In this document: positions 39,313 to 48,827 of the stretch, piece after piece
Layout: each line of letters opens with the position of its first letter
Numbering within the stretch: the first letter of the stretch is position 1
Source: Alphaproteobacteria bacterium
GTDB taxonomy: Bacteria > Pseudomonadota > Alphaproteobacteria > UBA11136
DNA: 64,000 nt
Direction of reading: 5' to 3'
Assembly: GCA_016776635.1 (NCBI GenBank)
Contig: JADHSZ010000005.1
Location: forward strand, 5,857 to 69,856
Made by a program: the position numbers and the translations under genes
The notes under the pieces: model-generated
What the model was told of the DNA's origin: nothing
The model's input: only the letters and a program-made list of their open reading frames with translations
The model's database searches: none

Positions 39313-39771
39313 ATGGCGAAGTTCAAATTCGACGATGATCTTGTCCGTTCCCTCGCCAAGCTGTTGGAGGAAACCGGACTCACCGAGATCGAGTTCGAGG
39401 CCGAGGGACAACGCGTCCGTGTCGCCCGCGGCGGCGGGGTCACCACCGAAGCGACGGCCCAACCCCAAGCAGCGCCGGCAAAACCAGAAGCCGCCACAGA
39501 GACAGGAGAGACGGGTGAAATCGATGCGGAACACCTTCCCGGCGCCGTCACCTCGCCCATGGTGGGCACCGCCTATACCGCGCCGGAGCCAGGCGCGCCG
39601 CCCTTCGTTTCGGTGGGCGATACGGTGCGCGAGGGCCAGACCGTGCTCATTGTCGAAGCCATGAAGACCATGAATCCCATACCCGCCCCCCATGGCGGCA
39701 AGGTGATGCGGATTCTCGTGGAGAATGGGGACCCCGTGGAATTCGGCGAAGCCCTGATGGCCATTGAATAA
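39313..39771 (+). CDS. accB: Acetyl-CoA carboxylase biotin carboxyl carrier protein
   Basis: SPMVGT and EAMK biotinylation motif. Confidence 0.96.
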   Translation: MAKFKFDDDLVRSLAKLLEETGLTEIEFEAEGQRVRVARGGGVTTEATAQPQAAPAKPEAATETGETGEIDAEHLPGAVTSPMVGTAYTAPEPGAPPFVSVGDTVREGQTVLIVEAMKTMNPIPAPHGGKVMRILVENGDPVEFGEALMAIE

Positions 39772-39821
39772 GACGCCCCCCGGGAATGGTCCAGGAACCG
39801 CTCTAGAGAGAGTGATCGCGG

Positions 39822-41165
39822 ATGTTTGAAAAAATTCTCATCGCCAATCGTGGTGAAGTCGCCCTGCGTATTCACCGCGCCTGCCGGGAAATGGGCATCC
39901 GCACCGTGGCCGTCCATTCCGAGGCCGACGCCGACGCCATGCATGTGCGCCTGGCCGATGAAAGCGTCTGCATCGGTCCCGCCGCGGCGCGGGGCAGCTA
40001 TCTCAACATCCCGGCCATCCTGACGGCGGCCACCATCACCAATGCCGACGCCATTCATCCCGGCGTCGGGTTTCTTTCGGAAAACGCCCATTTCGCCCAA
40101 ATGGTGGCCGAACACGACATCACTTTCATTGGTCCGGCGCCCGAACACATGACCGTCATGGGCGATAAGATCGCCGCCAAGGCGGCCATGAAGAAAACCG
40201 GGATACCCGTGGTCCCCGGTTCCGACGGGCCGGTAGTGGAGGAAGACGAGGCCCTTAAAACGGCGGCGAAAATCGGTTATCCGGTGATCGTCAAGGCCGC
40301 GGCCGGGGGCGGCGGACGGGGCATGAAGGTTGCCCATGACGATGAGACCCTGCGCCAGGCGCTTCCCATGGCGCGGGCCGAGGCCAAGGCCAATTTCGGC
40401 GACGACACGCTGTACCTGGAAAAATTCCTGGAAACGCCGCGCCATATCGAAATCCAGATTCTCGCCGACAACCACGGTAATGTGATTCACCTTGGGGAAC
40501 GAGACTGTTCGCTGCAGCGCCGCCATCAGAAGGTGATCGAGGAGGCGCCCTCGCCGGCTCTCAACGCCGCCACCAGGGACAAGATCGGTGCCCGCTGCGT
40601 CAAGGCCATGAAGAAGCTGGGCTATCGCAGCGTCGGCACCATCGAGTTCCTGTACGAAAACGGGAAATTCTATTTCATCGAGATGAATACCCGCCTTCAG
40701 GTGGAACATCCCATCACCGAGATGATCAGCGGCATCGACCTGGCGCGCGAACAGATCCGTGTCGCCGCCGGGGCCAAGCTCGACGTGACGCAGAAGAACA
40801 TCCAGCTGGCCGGTCATGCCATCGAGTGCCGGATTAACGCCGAGAACCCCGAGACCTTTGCGCCGTCACCGGGCACCATCACCGACTATCACGCGCCGGG
40901 CGGGCTCGATGTGCGGGTGGATTCCGCCCTCTATTCCGGATACCGGGTGCCGCCTCATTACGACAGCCTCATCGCCAAGCTGATCGTACGCGGCCGCAGC
41001 CGCAACGAATGCCTGATGCGGCTGCGGCGCGCTCTCGAGGAATTCGTCATCGGCGGCATCGAGACCACGATCCCGCTTCACCAAAGGCTGATCACGGAAA
41101 GTGATTTCATCAATGGCGACTATGACATCCACTGGCTGGAGAACCTGCTCGATTCCGAGGCTTGA
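39822..41165 (+). CDS. accC: Biotin carboxylase
   Basis: [46 protein letters not shown]. Confidence 0.97.
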   Translation: MFEKILIANRGEVALRIHRACREMGIRTVAVHSEADADAMHVRLADESVCIGPAAARGSYLNIPAILTAATITNADAIHPGVGFLSENAHFAQMVAEHDITFIGPAPEHMTVMGDKIAAKAAMKKTGIPVVPGSDGPVVEEDEALKTAAKIGYPVIVKAAAGGGGRGMKVAHDDETLRQALPMARAEAKANFGDDTLYLEKFLETPRHIEIQILADNHGNVIHLGERDCSLQRRHQKVIEEAPSPALNAATRDKIGARCVKAMKKLGYRSVGTIEFLYENGKFYFIEMNTRLQVEHPITEMISGIDLAREQIRVAAGAKLDVTQKNIQLAGHAIECRINAENPETFAPSPGTITDYHAPGGLDVRVDSALYSGYRVPPHYDSLIAKLIVRGRSRNECLMRLRRALEEFVIGGIETTIPLHQRLITESDFINGDYDIHWLENLLDSEA

Positions 41166-41190
41166 GTCTGGGGGGCTTGAGTCTGGGGGG
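41160..41190. repeat. 15-bp tandem duplication including the accC stop codon
   Basis: GCTTGAGTCTGGGGG x2. Confidence 0.85.
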
Positions 41191-41198
41191 CCGGCCCC

Positions 41199-41828
41199 AT
41201 GAAGACGCTGACTCCGGAAATCCTTCTGCGTGCCTATGCCGCCGGTATTTTTCCCATGTCGGAGGGCCGCGACGATCCGGAACTGTTCTGGGTCGACCCC
41301 GAAAACCGTGGAATCATCCCCCTCGACGGCTTTCACGTTCCCCGCCGCCTGCAACGCCGCCTGCGCAACAATCCTTTCGAGATCAGGTGTGACACCGCCT
41401 TCGCCCAGGTCATGGAAAGCTGCGCGGAGGAAGCGGAAGACCGCGAGAGCACCTGGATCAACCAGATCATTATCGACCTCTATACCACCCTGCACGGCAT
41501 GGGGCGCGCCCACAGCGTGGAGTGCTGGGAGGGGGAAACTCTGGTGGGAGGGCTTTACGGCATCGCCCTGGACGGCGTCTTTTTCGGAGAGAGCATGTTT
41601 TCCCGCGCCACCGACGCCAGCAAGGTGGTGCTGGTGCATCTGGCGGCGCGCCTGCGCCAGGGCGGCTTCACCCTGCTCGACGTCCAGTTCGTCACCGAAC
41701 ACTTAAAACAGTTCGGGGCCATAGAAGTGCCGCGTAACGAGTATCACCTGCTTCTGAGCGAAGCGCTGGAGGTGAATGCCAAATTCCCGGTGCAACTGAC
41801 GGCGGGCGTGGAATCGCTGTGGGAATGA
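41199..41828 (+). CDS. aat: Leucyl/phenylalanyl-tRNA--protein transferase
   Basis: [40 protein letters not shown]. Confidence 0.95.
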   Translation: MKTLTPEILLRAYAAGIFPMSEGRDDPELFWVDPENRGIIPLDGFHVPRRLQRRLRNNPFEIRCDTAFAQVMESCAEEAEDRESTWINQIIIDLYTTLHGMGRAHSVECWEGETLVGGLYGIALDGVFFGESMFSRATDASKVVLVHLAARLRQGGFTLLDVQFVTEHLKQFGAIEVPRNEYHLLLSEALEVNAKFPVQLTAGVESLWE

Positions 41829-41878
41829 CTCTTTACGGAAGTGATTCTTTATGGAAGTGATTCTGGGGGGGGGAATGA

Positions 41879-42262
41879 TTACCGGGGCAGCCGCATTTTC
41901 GGACCGATGCGCGACAGACAGTCGATGACCCAGATATCGTAAACCGGGTGTTCCAGCGCCGAAAGCGCGGGGCTGGAGGCGAACATCCAGCCTTGGAACA
42001 GGGTCTCCGGCGCCTCGCCGGGCTTGATATCGCGAATCTGGAGAAAGGCGGCGCTTTCGGGGGGTTCCTCCGGCGGCCGCTTGCGGCAGGTACGGGCGAC
42101 AATTTCCAGGGTGCCGAAGTGAACCGTTCTGTTGGTGGGCGCGCGGAAGGTGGAAATACGCGCCGTCACCTTGTCGAGACCCTGTAACAGAGCCACGTCG
42201 CCCACCATATCCGCCGCCAGGGACGGAGAGGAAACCCAGAAGCCCGCCACCACCGCAAGCAT
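41879..42262 (-). CDS. DUF2155 family exported protein
   Basis: LQGLDKVTAR, C.KRPPEEPPE..AFL, F.GWMFASSP.LSALEHPVYDIWV.DC. Start uncertain. Confidence 0.85.
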   Translation of the reverse strand: MLAVVAGFWVSSPSLAADMVGDVALLQGLDKVTARISTFRAPTNRTVHFGTLEIVARTCRKRPPEEPPESAAFLQIRDIKPGEAPETLFQGWMFASSPALSALEHPVYDIWVIDCLSRIGPKMRLPR

Positions 42263-42365
42263 CCTGGCCCCGGCCAGGGTATGAGCCCCGGCCCCGGCCA
42301 GGGTATGAGCCAAGGCGCGGCCGCGCCGTTTAACGGCCAAGCTAACGACCGGAACGCGGAATGGG

Positions 42366-42632
42366 TTATTTTTTGTGATAGGGGTTTTCCAGCCGTTCGA
42401 CAAGTTCATTGATGACCTGTCTGAACTGGGCCTCGTCACAACCCATGAGGATCGCATCCTCCAGCGCGTCCTGGCACATCTGGCGGATTTCCTCGAGATT
42501 CTGATTGAGCACCTTGATCTTCTCGAGACAGGACACGGAATCGCCTTCGGGCGTACGCCAGACCTTCGCCCCCCGGGGGTCGGTCCCCGGAATAACGCCA
42601 CGCCCCGTCGTTTTCCTGTCCCCATCTGTCAT
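42366..42632 (-). CDS. Conserved-looking small hypothetical protein
   Basis: WRTPEG..VSC.EKIKVL.QNLEE..Q..QDALEDAILMGCDE.Q......LENPY; operonic position. Confidence 0.7.
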   Translation of the reverse strand: MTDGDRKTTGRGVIPGTDPRGAKVWRTPEGDSVSCLEKIKVLNQNLEEIRQMCQDALEDAILMGCDEAQFRQVINELVERLENPYHKK

Positions 42633-42746
42633 GGCCGCATTACCTGCAGTACCCAAAGGAGTGGAAGATGGTCACGATGCGGCAAGAACGTGGCCGCAAT
42701 ATGGCTGGCGGAAAGCGGCGGCGGCATATCAGCCCCCATTTAAGGG

Positions 42747-43208
42747 CTAGTCGTCCTTATCGTCACCGCCCGAGGCGAGGAAAATGATGTCGCCCACCTG
42801 ATCCTCCAGCGAGCGGAAGTCCTTGGTTTTGGTGATGGCGCCGCCATTAGCTATATAGGTCTTTGCGCTGCCCGGTTCGAGACGCACGTATTTGCCGCCG
42901 AGAATGCCTTCGCTGCCGATGGCGGCAACGGTGTCGGCGGGCAGTTTGATGCCGCCCTCGATGGACATGGTGACCACGGCGTCGAAGGTATCGGTGTCGA
43001 GTTTCTCGTCGGTGACGGCCCCCACCTTGATGCCGTTGAGGCGCACGTCACTGCCTTCTTGCAGCCCCCCGATCTTGAAGAAGATGGCCGTGACCGTATA
43101 GCCCTCCGCCACCTTGACCTGGGCCGTATTGTAGACAAAGACGACGAAAAAACCCGCCACCAGAAGAACCACGGTACCCATCACCGCCTCGACTATGTTT
43201 CTGTGCAT
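42747..43208 (-). CDS. mlaD: MlaD/MCE family protein
   Basis: N-terminal TM; IGGL..GSDVRLNGIKVG.V; LP.DT.AAI.SEGILGGKY..LEPG. Confidence 0.9.
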   Translation of the reverse strand: MHRNIVEAVMGTVVLLVAGFFVVFVYNTAQVKVAEGYTVTAIFFKIGGLQEGSDVRLNGIKVGAVTDEKLDTDTFDAVVTMSIEGGIKLPADTVAAIGSEGILGGKYVRLEPGSAKTYIANGGAITKTKDFRSLEDQVGDIIFLASGGDDKDD

Positions 43209-43275
43209 CCCTGCTCCTTCGTCTTTGTCATGGGGTGCCCGGTGAATCCGATAACAAGAGGGCGCCCTGTTCCCG

Positions 43276-43749
43276 TTATTTCTTCTCGTCCCGTTTTTTG
43301 GCCACTTTTTCGCCCTGGGCGATGATCTGTTCCAGAAGATCGGCCACCACCAGGGAATCCTGGGTGACGCGAATGGCGCCGCCGGAGGGAATGAACTCTT
43401 CGGCGCCGCCGGGTTCGAGATTGATGTATTTGGTGCCGAACAGGCCGTCGGTCTGGACCGCGGCCGAGGTGTCGGTGGGCAATCGCACATGATCGGCGAT
43501 CTGGAGGGTGAGAACGGCGCGGTAATGCTCGCTGAGCTTCTCGCCCACCACGCTGCCCACCTCGATTCCGCCGAGGCGCACCTCGGCGCCCCCGGGAAGC
43601 CCGTCAATTTTGCCGAAAGCCGCGCTCACTCGATAACCGGCCTCGGACTGGGTGTGAATGTCCTGAAGGCTGGAGACAAACCCCACGAACAGAGCGAACG
43701 CCACCACCACGCCCGCGCCCACCAGCTGTTCCTTGGTCTCTTCGGTCAT
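43276..43749 (-). CDS. Second MlaD/MCE family protein
   Basis: IDGL..GAEVRLGGIEVG.V; LPTDTSAAV.TDGLFG.KYI.LEPGG. Confidence 0.88.
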   Translation of the reverse strand: MTEETKEQLVGAGVVVAFALFVGFVSSLQDIHTQSEAGYRVSAAFGKIDGLPGGAEVRLGGIEVGSVVGEKLSEHYRAVLTLQIADHVRLPTDTSAAVQTDGLFGTKYINLEPGGAEEFIPSGGAIRVTQDSLVVADLLEQIIAQGEKVAKKRDEKK

Positions 43750-43810
43750 GATGCCCAAGCGCCCCGGCGCGGAAAATATGACCCCAACGCGCCCCGGCGC
43801 GGAAAACATA
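43748..43810. repeat. 30-bp tandem duplication at the mlaD start region
   Basis: Units at 43748-43777 and 43778-43807 share GCGCCCCGGCGCGGAAAA. Confidence 0.8.
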
Positions 43811-43828
43811 AGGGCAGCGGATAGGGGT

Positions 43829-44197
43829 TCATTGCGGCCTCCACGGTTCGTAGTCGCCGGTGGCGGGTGCGCGCTTGCCACCGCCCAGCACATGGCCGGG
43901 AGGATAATAGGCCTCGCGGGTTCCGGTGAGATTGGGCTGATGCGGTTTACGCCATTGCGGCCGGGGACGCGGCATTTCCACCGGCGGGGTATCGCTGGTG
44001 TGGTGGAGCCATTCATGCCATTCCGGCGGCACACGGCTGGCCTCTCTCTCGCCTTCATACATGACCCAGCGCTGTTCGCGGCCGTTATTGGCCCGGCGCC
44101 GGGCGCCGCCGCGACGGCGATAATAGCGGTTCCCGGCCTCGTCACGGCCGACCCGCTCACCGAAAATCCAGGTGTACAGAATGGTGCCGGTAATCAT
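43829..44197 (-). CDS. NDUFA12-family NADH:ubiquinone oxidoreductase subunit
   Basis: G..VG.D..GNRYY, RWV.Y, EASRVPPEWH.WLHH, H.PNLTGT, DYEPWRP. Confidence 0.92.
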   Translation of the reverse strand: MITGTILYTWIFGERVGRDEAGNRYYRRRGGARRRANNGREQRWVMYEGEREASRVPPEWHEWLHHTSDTPPVEMPRPRPQWRKPHQPNLTGTREAYYPPGHVLGGGKRAPATGDYEPWRPQ

Positions 44198-44227
44198 AGA
44201 ATCACGCTGAAAAGAATCACGCTGAAA
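44198..44227. repeat. 15-bp perfect tandem duplication abutting the NDUFA12 start
   Basis: AGAATCACGCTGAAA x2. Confidence 0.85.
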
Positions 44228-44454
44228 AACCCGTTCTATCCCGTTCCATATGGTGCGGCGGGAGCCCAGAGAGGAGGCATTTGCACCGCGAATTTCCCAC
44301 AATGGGAATATGACACCTGCTCTGGCCCGCGTCCAGCCCCGCTGCCACGGAGAAAAGCCAGAGAAAAAGCGGAGAAGAGGCGGGGGAAGGCATGAGCGAC
44401 CGCGTGGGGCAAAAGACCCATTTTTACCTCATATAGTTAATTTTTTCCCCTTAA

Positions 44455-44535
44455 ACACAAAATCTTGTTGCCTTGGCCCATCCCTTTGTGGATAGATGTT
44501 GTGGGGTAATTATATCCGTCCACTACATATTGAGG
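44455..44535. promoter_or_regulatory. NrdR boxes upstream of nrdJ
   Basis: ACACAAAATCTTGTTG (44455-44470) and CCACTACATATTGAGG (44520-44535) resemble acaCwAtATaTwGtg; weaker site midway (about 44488-44503). Confidence 0.7.
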
Positions 44536-44678
44536 CGGTGGTTTTTCCCACGGGGAGGGGGACGGATCCTTTTGTGTCTTTGACGAATTTTCGATCTGGC
44601 ACCGGGTTCTTCCCAAACGGCCGCATTCCAGGGATGGCCGAGTAAGGAAACGATTAAGAGTTTTGGAAGGAGGGGGGA

Positions 44679-47600
44679 ATGAGGGTTACGCGGCGATTCA
44701 CTCAGGAGGGGCGTTCTGCCTATGAAGGCGTTACGTTCAAGACCACATCGAGTGATATTCGCAATCCTGACGGCTCAATCGTCTTCGAGCTCGATGAACT
44801 CGAGGTTCCCGCCGATTGGTCGCAGGTGGCCTGTGACGTTCTCGCCCAGAAGTATTTCCGTAAGGCCGGCGTGCCAGAGAACAGGGTTCCGGTTGAGGAA
44901 AACACCGTTCCCTCATGGCTGTGGCGGCACGAGGCAGCCCCGAAAAGTCCCTGCGGCGGCGAGACCAGCGCCAAACGGGTATTCGACCGCATGTGCGGCA
45001 CCTGGACCTATTGGGGCTGGAAAGGCGGTTATTTCGACAGCGAAGACGACGCCCGCGCCTATTACGACGAAATGCGTTACATGCTGTGCCGTCAGATGGG
45101 TGCGCCCAATTCGCCGCAATGGTTCAATACCGGCCTGCATTGGGCCTATGGCATCGACGGCCCGGCCCAGGGACACCACTATGTGGACTTCCGCAGCGGC
45201 GAACTGACCGAGTCCCAATCGGCTTACGAACACCCCCAGCCCCACGCCTGTTTCATCCAGAGCGTCAACGATGATCTGGTCAATGAAGGCGGGATCATGG
45301 ATTTGTGGACGCGCGAGGCGCGCCTGTTCAAATACGGATCGGGAACCGGCAGCAATTTTTCATCCCTGCGCGGCGGCGACGAATCTCTTTCGGGCGGCGG
45401 CAAATCATCCGGCCTCATGAGCTTTCTCAAGATCGGCGACCGCGCCGCCGGCGCCATTAAGTCCGGCGGCACCACGCGGCGCGCGGCGAAGATGGTCTGT
45501 GTAGACATTGACCATCCCGATATCGAGGAATTCATCAACTGGAAGACCGTGGAAGAACAGAAGGTGGCGGCGCTGGTCACCGGGTCCAAGACCATCAACC
45601 TTCATCTCAACGCCATTCTTAAGGCCTGTCACACCGGGCCCATGGACAGCGACGAGGATGCCGAGGGCCGTTTTGACGTCAAACGCAACCCGGCGCTGAA
45701 GAAAGCGGTTTCAGGCGCGCGCAAGGCCCTGGTCCCGGAAAACTATATCCAGCGGATCATCCAGTTCGCCTCCCAGGGATTCACCGAAATCGACTTCCGT
45801 ACCTATGACACCGACTGGGATTCCGACGCTTATCTCACCGTATCCGGCCAGAACGCCAATAATTCCATCCGCGTCACCGACGAGTTCCTCGAAGCCGTGG
45901 AAACGGACGCGGACTGGACCCTGACCCGGCGTACCGATGGCGAAGCGCACCGGACCCTTCGCGCCCGCGACCTGTGGGAACAAATCGGCCATGCCGCCTG
46001 GTCCTGCGCCGATCCCGGATTACAGTTCGACACCACCATAAACGACTGGCACACCTGCCCGGAATCCGGCCGCATCAATGCCTCGAACCCGTGTTCGGAA
46101 TACATGTTCCTGGACGATACGGCCTGTAACCTGGCGTCACTGAATTTACTAACGTTCCGCCGCGAGGACGGATCCTTCGACACAGAAGGATTCGAGCACG
46201 CAACCCGGCTGTGGACCATCACGTTGGAAATCTCGGTCCTGATGGCACAGTTCCCCTCGCGGCGGATCGCCCAACTCTCCTTCGATTACCGGACCTTAGG
46301 TCTGGGGTTTGCCAATATCGGAGGGCTGTTGATGGCCTCGGGCTTCTCTTATGACAGCGACGAGGGCCGCGCCACCTGCGCCGCCATCAGTGCGCTCATG
46401 ACCGGAGTCGCCTATGAAACCTCCGCCGAAATCGCCGGCGAAATGGGTGCCTTTCCCAGCCATGACGAAAACCGCGACTCCATGCTGCGGGTGGTCAACA
46501 ACCACCGCATGGCCGCCCACGGCCTCGCCGACGGGTATGACGGACTGTCGATTATTCCGGTGCCCTTGCGCGCCGAGGACTGTCCCTTCGAGGGACTGGC
46601 CAGGGCGGCAGCCGAATCCTGGGACCGCGCCAGCAGCGAGGGCGAGGCCAATGGCTTCCGCAACGCCCAGGTTACGGTGGTGGCACCCACCGGGACCATC
46701 GGTCTGGTCATGGATTGTGACACCACCGGAATCGAGCCCGATTTCGCCATCGTCAAGTTCAAGAAACTGGCCGGCGGTGGACATTTCAGAATCATCAACC
46801 GCACCGTGGAAACGGCGCTGGGCACCCTGGGCTATTCCTCCGACCAGATACGCGACATCAGCGAATACGCCGTCGGCCGCGGCACCCTGTACCAGGCCCC
46901 GGGAATCGGTTTCGACGCGCTGCGCGAAAAGGGCTTCACCGACACGGCCATCGAGGCTCTTGAGGCGGCGCTCGCCAATGCCTTCGACATCAAGTTCGCT
47001 TTTAACAAATGGACTCTGGGCGAGACCTTCTGCACCGAGGCTCTCGGGCTTTCCAAAGAGGCGTTGGATGATCCCGCCTTCGACATGCTGCGCGCACTGG
47101 ATTTTTCGCGCGAGGACATCGAAGCCGCCAACGCCTTTTGCTGTGGCGCCATGACGGTGGAAGGCGCGCCCCACCTCAAGGACGAGCATCTTCCCGTATT
47201 CGACTGCGCCAATCCCTGTGGGCGGATGGGTAAGCGTTTCCTGTCCGTGGAGAGCCATATCCGCATGATGGCGGCCTCCCAGCCGTTTATCACCGGGGCC
47301 ATTTCAAAGACCATCAACATGCCGGGCAGCGCCGCCGTGGAGGAGTGCAAGGATGCCTATATGCTGTCCTGGAAGCTGGGACTGAAGGCCAACGCCCTGT
47401 ACCGCGACGGCTCCAAGCTGTCCCAGCCCTTAAGCTCCTCGGTTGAGGACAGCGAAACCGACGACGCCAGGGAGGCCGACAGCATCGCCGCGATGGCTGC
47501 CGAGGCTGCCCCACGTATCGTCGAGCGGGTGGTGGAAAAGATCGCCGCCAACCACCAGGAACGGGCGCGCCTGCCGGGACGGCGCAAGGGCTATACCCAG

Positions 47601-48296
47601 AAAGCCATCGTCGGCGGCCACAAGGTATATCTGCGCACCGGCGAATACGAGGACGGCAATCTCGGTGAAATCTTCATCGACATGCACAAGGAAGGTGCGG
47701 CGTTCCGCAGTCTCATGAACAATTTCGCCATCGCCATTTCCATCGGCCTGCAGTACGGGGTGCCGCTGGAGGAATACGTTGATTCCTTCACCTTCACCCG
47801 TTTCGAGCCCTCGGGCATGGTGGAAGGCAACGAGGTCATCAAGATGGCGACCTCGGTCCTGGACTATATTTTCCGCGAACTTGCGGTTTCCTATCTCGGA
47901 CGCAACGATCTTGGCCATGCCGAACCGGAAGAGTATTTCGACAGTATCGGCGGCGGCACCGCCGAAGGTATGCCCGTCGGATCGGAAGACGTGGTGCGCC
48001 GCGTCGCCAGCACCGGCTATATGCGAAACAACCTTTATGTTCTCAACCAGAATGAAAGCGGACGCGCGGAAACCGTTGCATCCGCCACAGCCCTGACCGG
48101 CGTCGGCACCGCCGAAGCTGTCGCTGTCAGTGCCGTAATCACCGAGCAAGTCGACTCCACCCACAATCGCGTCATTGAGGCGCGGATGCAGGGCTATGAA
48201 GGCGACGCGTGCGGAGATTGCGGTAACTTCACGCTGGTCCGCAATGGCACATGCCTTAAATGCGTGACCTGCGGTTCGACGAGCGGGTGCTCCTAA
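44679..48296 (+). CDS. nrdJ: Class II (adenosylcobalamin-dependent) ribonucleotide reductase
   Basis: [42 protein letters not shown]-terminal C..C...[16 protein letters not shown]. Confidence 0.96.
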   Translation: MRVTRRFTQEGRSAYEGVTFKTTSSDIRNPDGSIVFELDELEVPADWSQVACDVLAQKYFRKAGVPENRVPVEENTVPSWLWRHEAAPKSPCGGETSAKRVFDRMCGTWTYWGWKGGYFDSEDDARAYYDEMRYMLCRQMGAPNSPQWFNTGLHWAYGIDGPAQGHHYVDFRSGELTESQSAYEHPQPHACFIQSVNDDLVNEGGIMDLWTREARLFKYGSGTGSNFSSLRGGDESLSGGGKSSGLMSFLKIGDRAAGAIKSGGTTRRAAKMVCVDIDHPDIEEFINWKTVEEQKVAALVTGSKTINLHLNAILKACHTGPMDSDEDAEGRFDVKRNPALKKAVSGARKALVPENYIQRIIQFASQGFTEIDFRTYDTDWDSDAYLTVSGQNANNSIRVTDEFLEAVETDADWTLTRRTDGEAHRTLRARDLWEQIGHAAWSCADPGLQFDTTINDWHTCPESGRINASNPCSEYMFLDDTACNLASLNLLTFRREDGSFDTEGFEHATRLWTITLEISVLMAQFPSRRIAQLSFDYRTLGLGFANIGGLLMASGFSYDSDEGRATCAAISALMTGVAYETSAEIAGEMGAFPSHDENRDSMLRVVNNHRMAAHGLADGYDGLSIIPVPLRAEDCPFEGLARAAAESWDRASSEGEANGFRNAQVTVVAPTGTIGLVMDCDTTGIEPDFAIVKFKKLAGGGHFRIINRTVETALGTLGYSSDQIRDISEYAVGRGTLYQAPGIGFDALREKGFTDTAIEALEAALANAFDIKFAFNKWTLGETFCTEALGLSKEALDDPAFDMLRALDFSREDIEAANAFCCGAMTVEGAPHLKDEHLPVFDCANPCGRMGKRFLSVESHIRMMAASQPFITGAISKTINMPGSAAVEECKDAYMLSWKLGLKANALYRDGSKLSQPLSSSVEDSETDDAREADSIAAMAAEAAPRIVERVVEKIAANHQERARLPGRRKGYTQKAIVGGHKVYLRTGEYEDGNLGEIFIDMHKEGAAFRSLMNNFAIAISIGLQYGVPLEEYVDSFTFTRFEPSGMVEGNEVIKMATSVLDYIFRELAVSYLGRNDLGHAEPEEYFDSIGGGTAEGMPVGSEDVVRRVASTGYMRNNLYVLNQNESGRAETVASATALTGVGTAEAVAVSAVITEQVDSTHNRVIEARMQGYEGDACGDCGNFTLVRNGTCLKCVTCGSTSGCS

Positions 48297-48326
48297 GCCC
48301 CGCTTTGCATTGTCCTCCCTAAACTT

Positions 48327-48360
48327 CGGGGGTGCGGCGGCGGAGCCCCCCGGTTTTTTT
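48327..48360 (+). terminator. Intrinsic terminator after nrdJ
   Basis: CGGGGG...CCCCCG stem followed by T7. Confidence 0.65.
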
Positions 48361-48431
48361 CTTGTGACAAAGGGAGGTGTACTTAACGGGGTGTGATTAA
48401 GGGAAGGGGAGAAAAAAGAGGGGGGAAGAAA

Positions 48432-48776
48432 ATGTGGAGAGGAGTCTACCACCTGACGGTTACCGGGGATGCCGCCGATGGGCGCAGTCTTCTGGCGTTG
48501 GATAAGGGCCAGGTCAAGAGCCTGGACCATCATGATTTTGTCTGTACCGGCACCTATGCCCACGACCCCGCCAGCGGCGGACTCGACCTCGATCTGATCC
48601 TTGTGGTTCCGGTCTTTCCGCCCGAACCCTGTGATCTTATGGAGGACGGCCTGCCGCGGGGGTTAAGCCATATGCTGAGCCTGGAAAGCCGGCTTTCGGC
48701 CAAGGAGGAAGGCGGCAGCACCAACGTCAGGACCGATCTCGGAACCCTGACCCTGAGTCTCGAAAAAGCCGCCTGA
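48432..48776 (+). CDS. Hypothetical protein
   Basis: ATG preceded by GAGGGGG RBS; coding-like codon usage; fills the gap; no motif recognised. Confidence 0.55.
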   Translation: MWRGVYHLTVTGDAADGRSLLALDKGQVKSLDHHDFVCTGTYAHDPASGGLDLDLILVVPVFPPEPCDLMEDGLPRGLSHMLSLESRLSAKEEGGSTNVRTDLGTLTLSLEKAA

Positions 48777-48827
48777 GGGCCGCACGAGACCTATAGAGAT
48801 TCGTAGAGGCCAGTGAGACCGCCTGTC

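Noticed and set aside
41865..41873. G9 homopolymer as a phase-variation tract
   Set aside because: It lies between convergent stop codons, so it cannot shift a frame or promoter spacing
44230..44678. Cobalamin riboswitch upstream of nrdJ
   Set aside because: No B12-box or other conserved riboswitch segments seen; NrdR boxes explain the region
44679..48296. Intein or intron in nrdJ
   Set aside because: Continuous ORF of normal length for the long alphaproteobacterial form; no splice-junction or homing endonuclease motifs seen
48383..48400. CtrA box (also 44437-44454)
   Set aside because: TTAA half-sites are 10 bp apart, not 7
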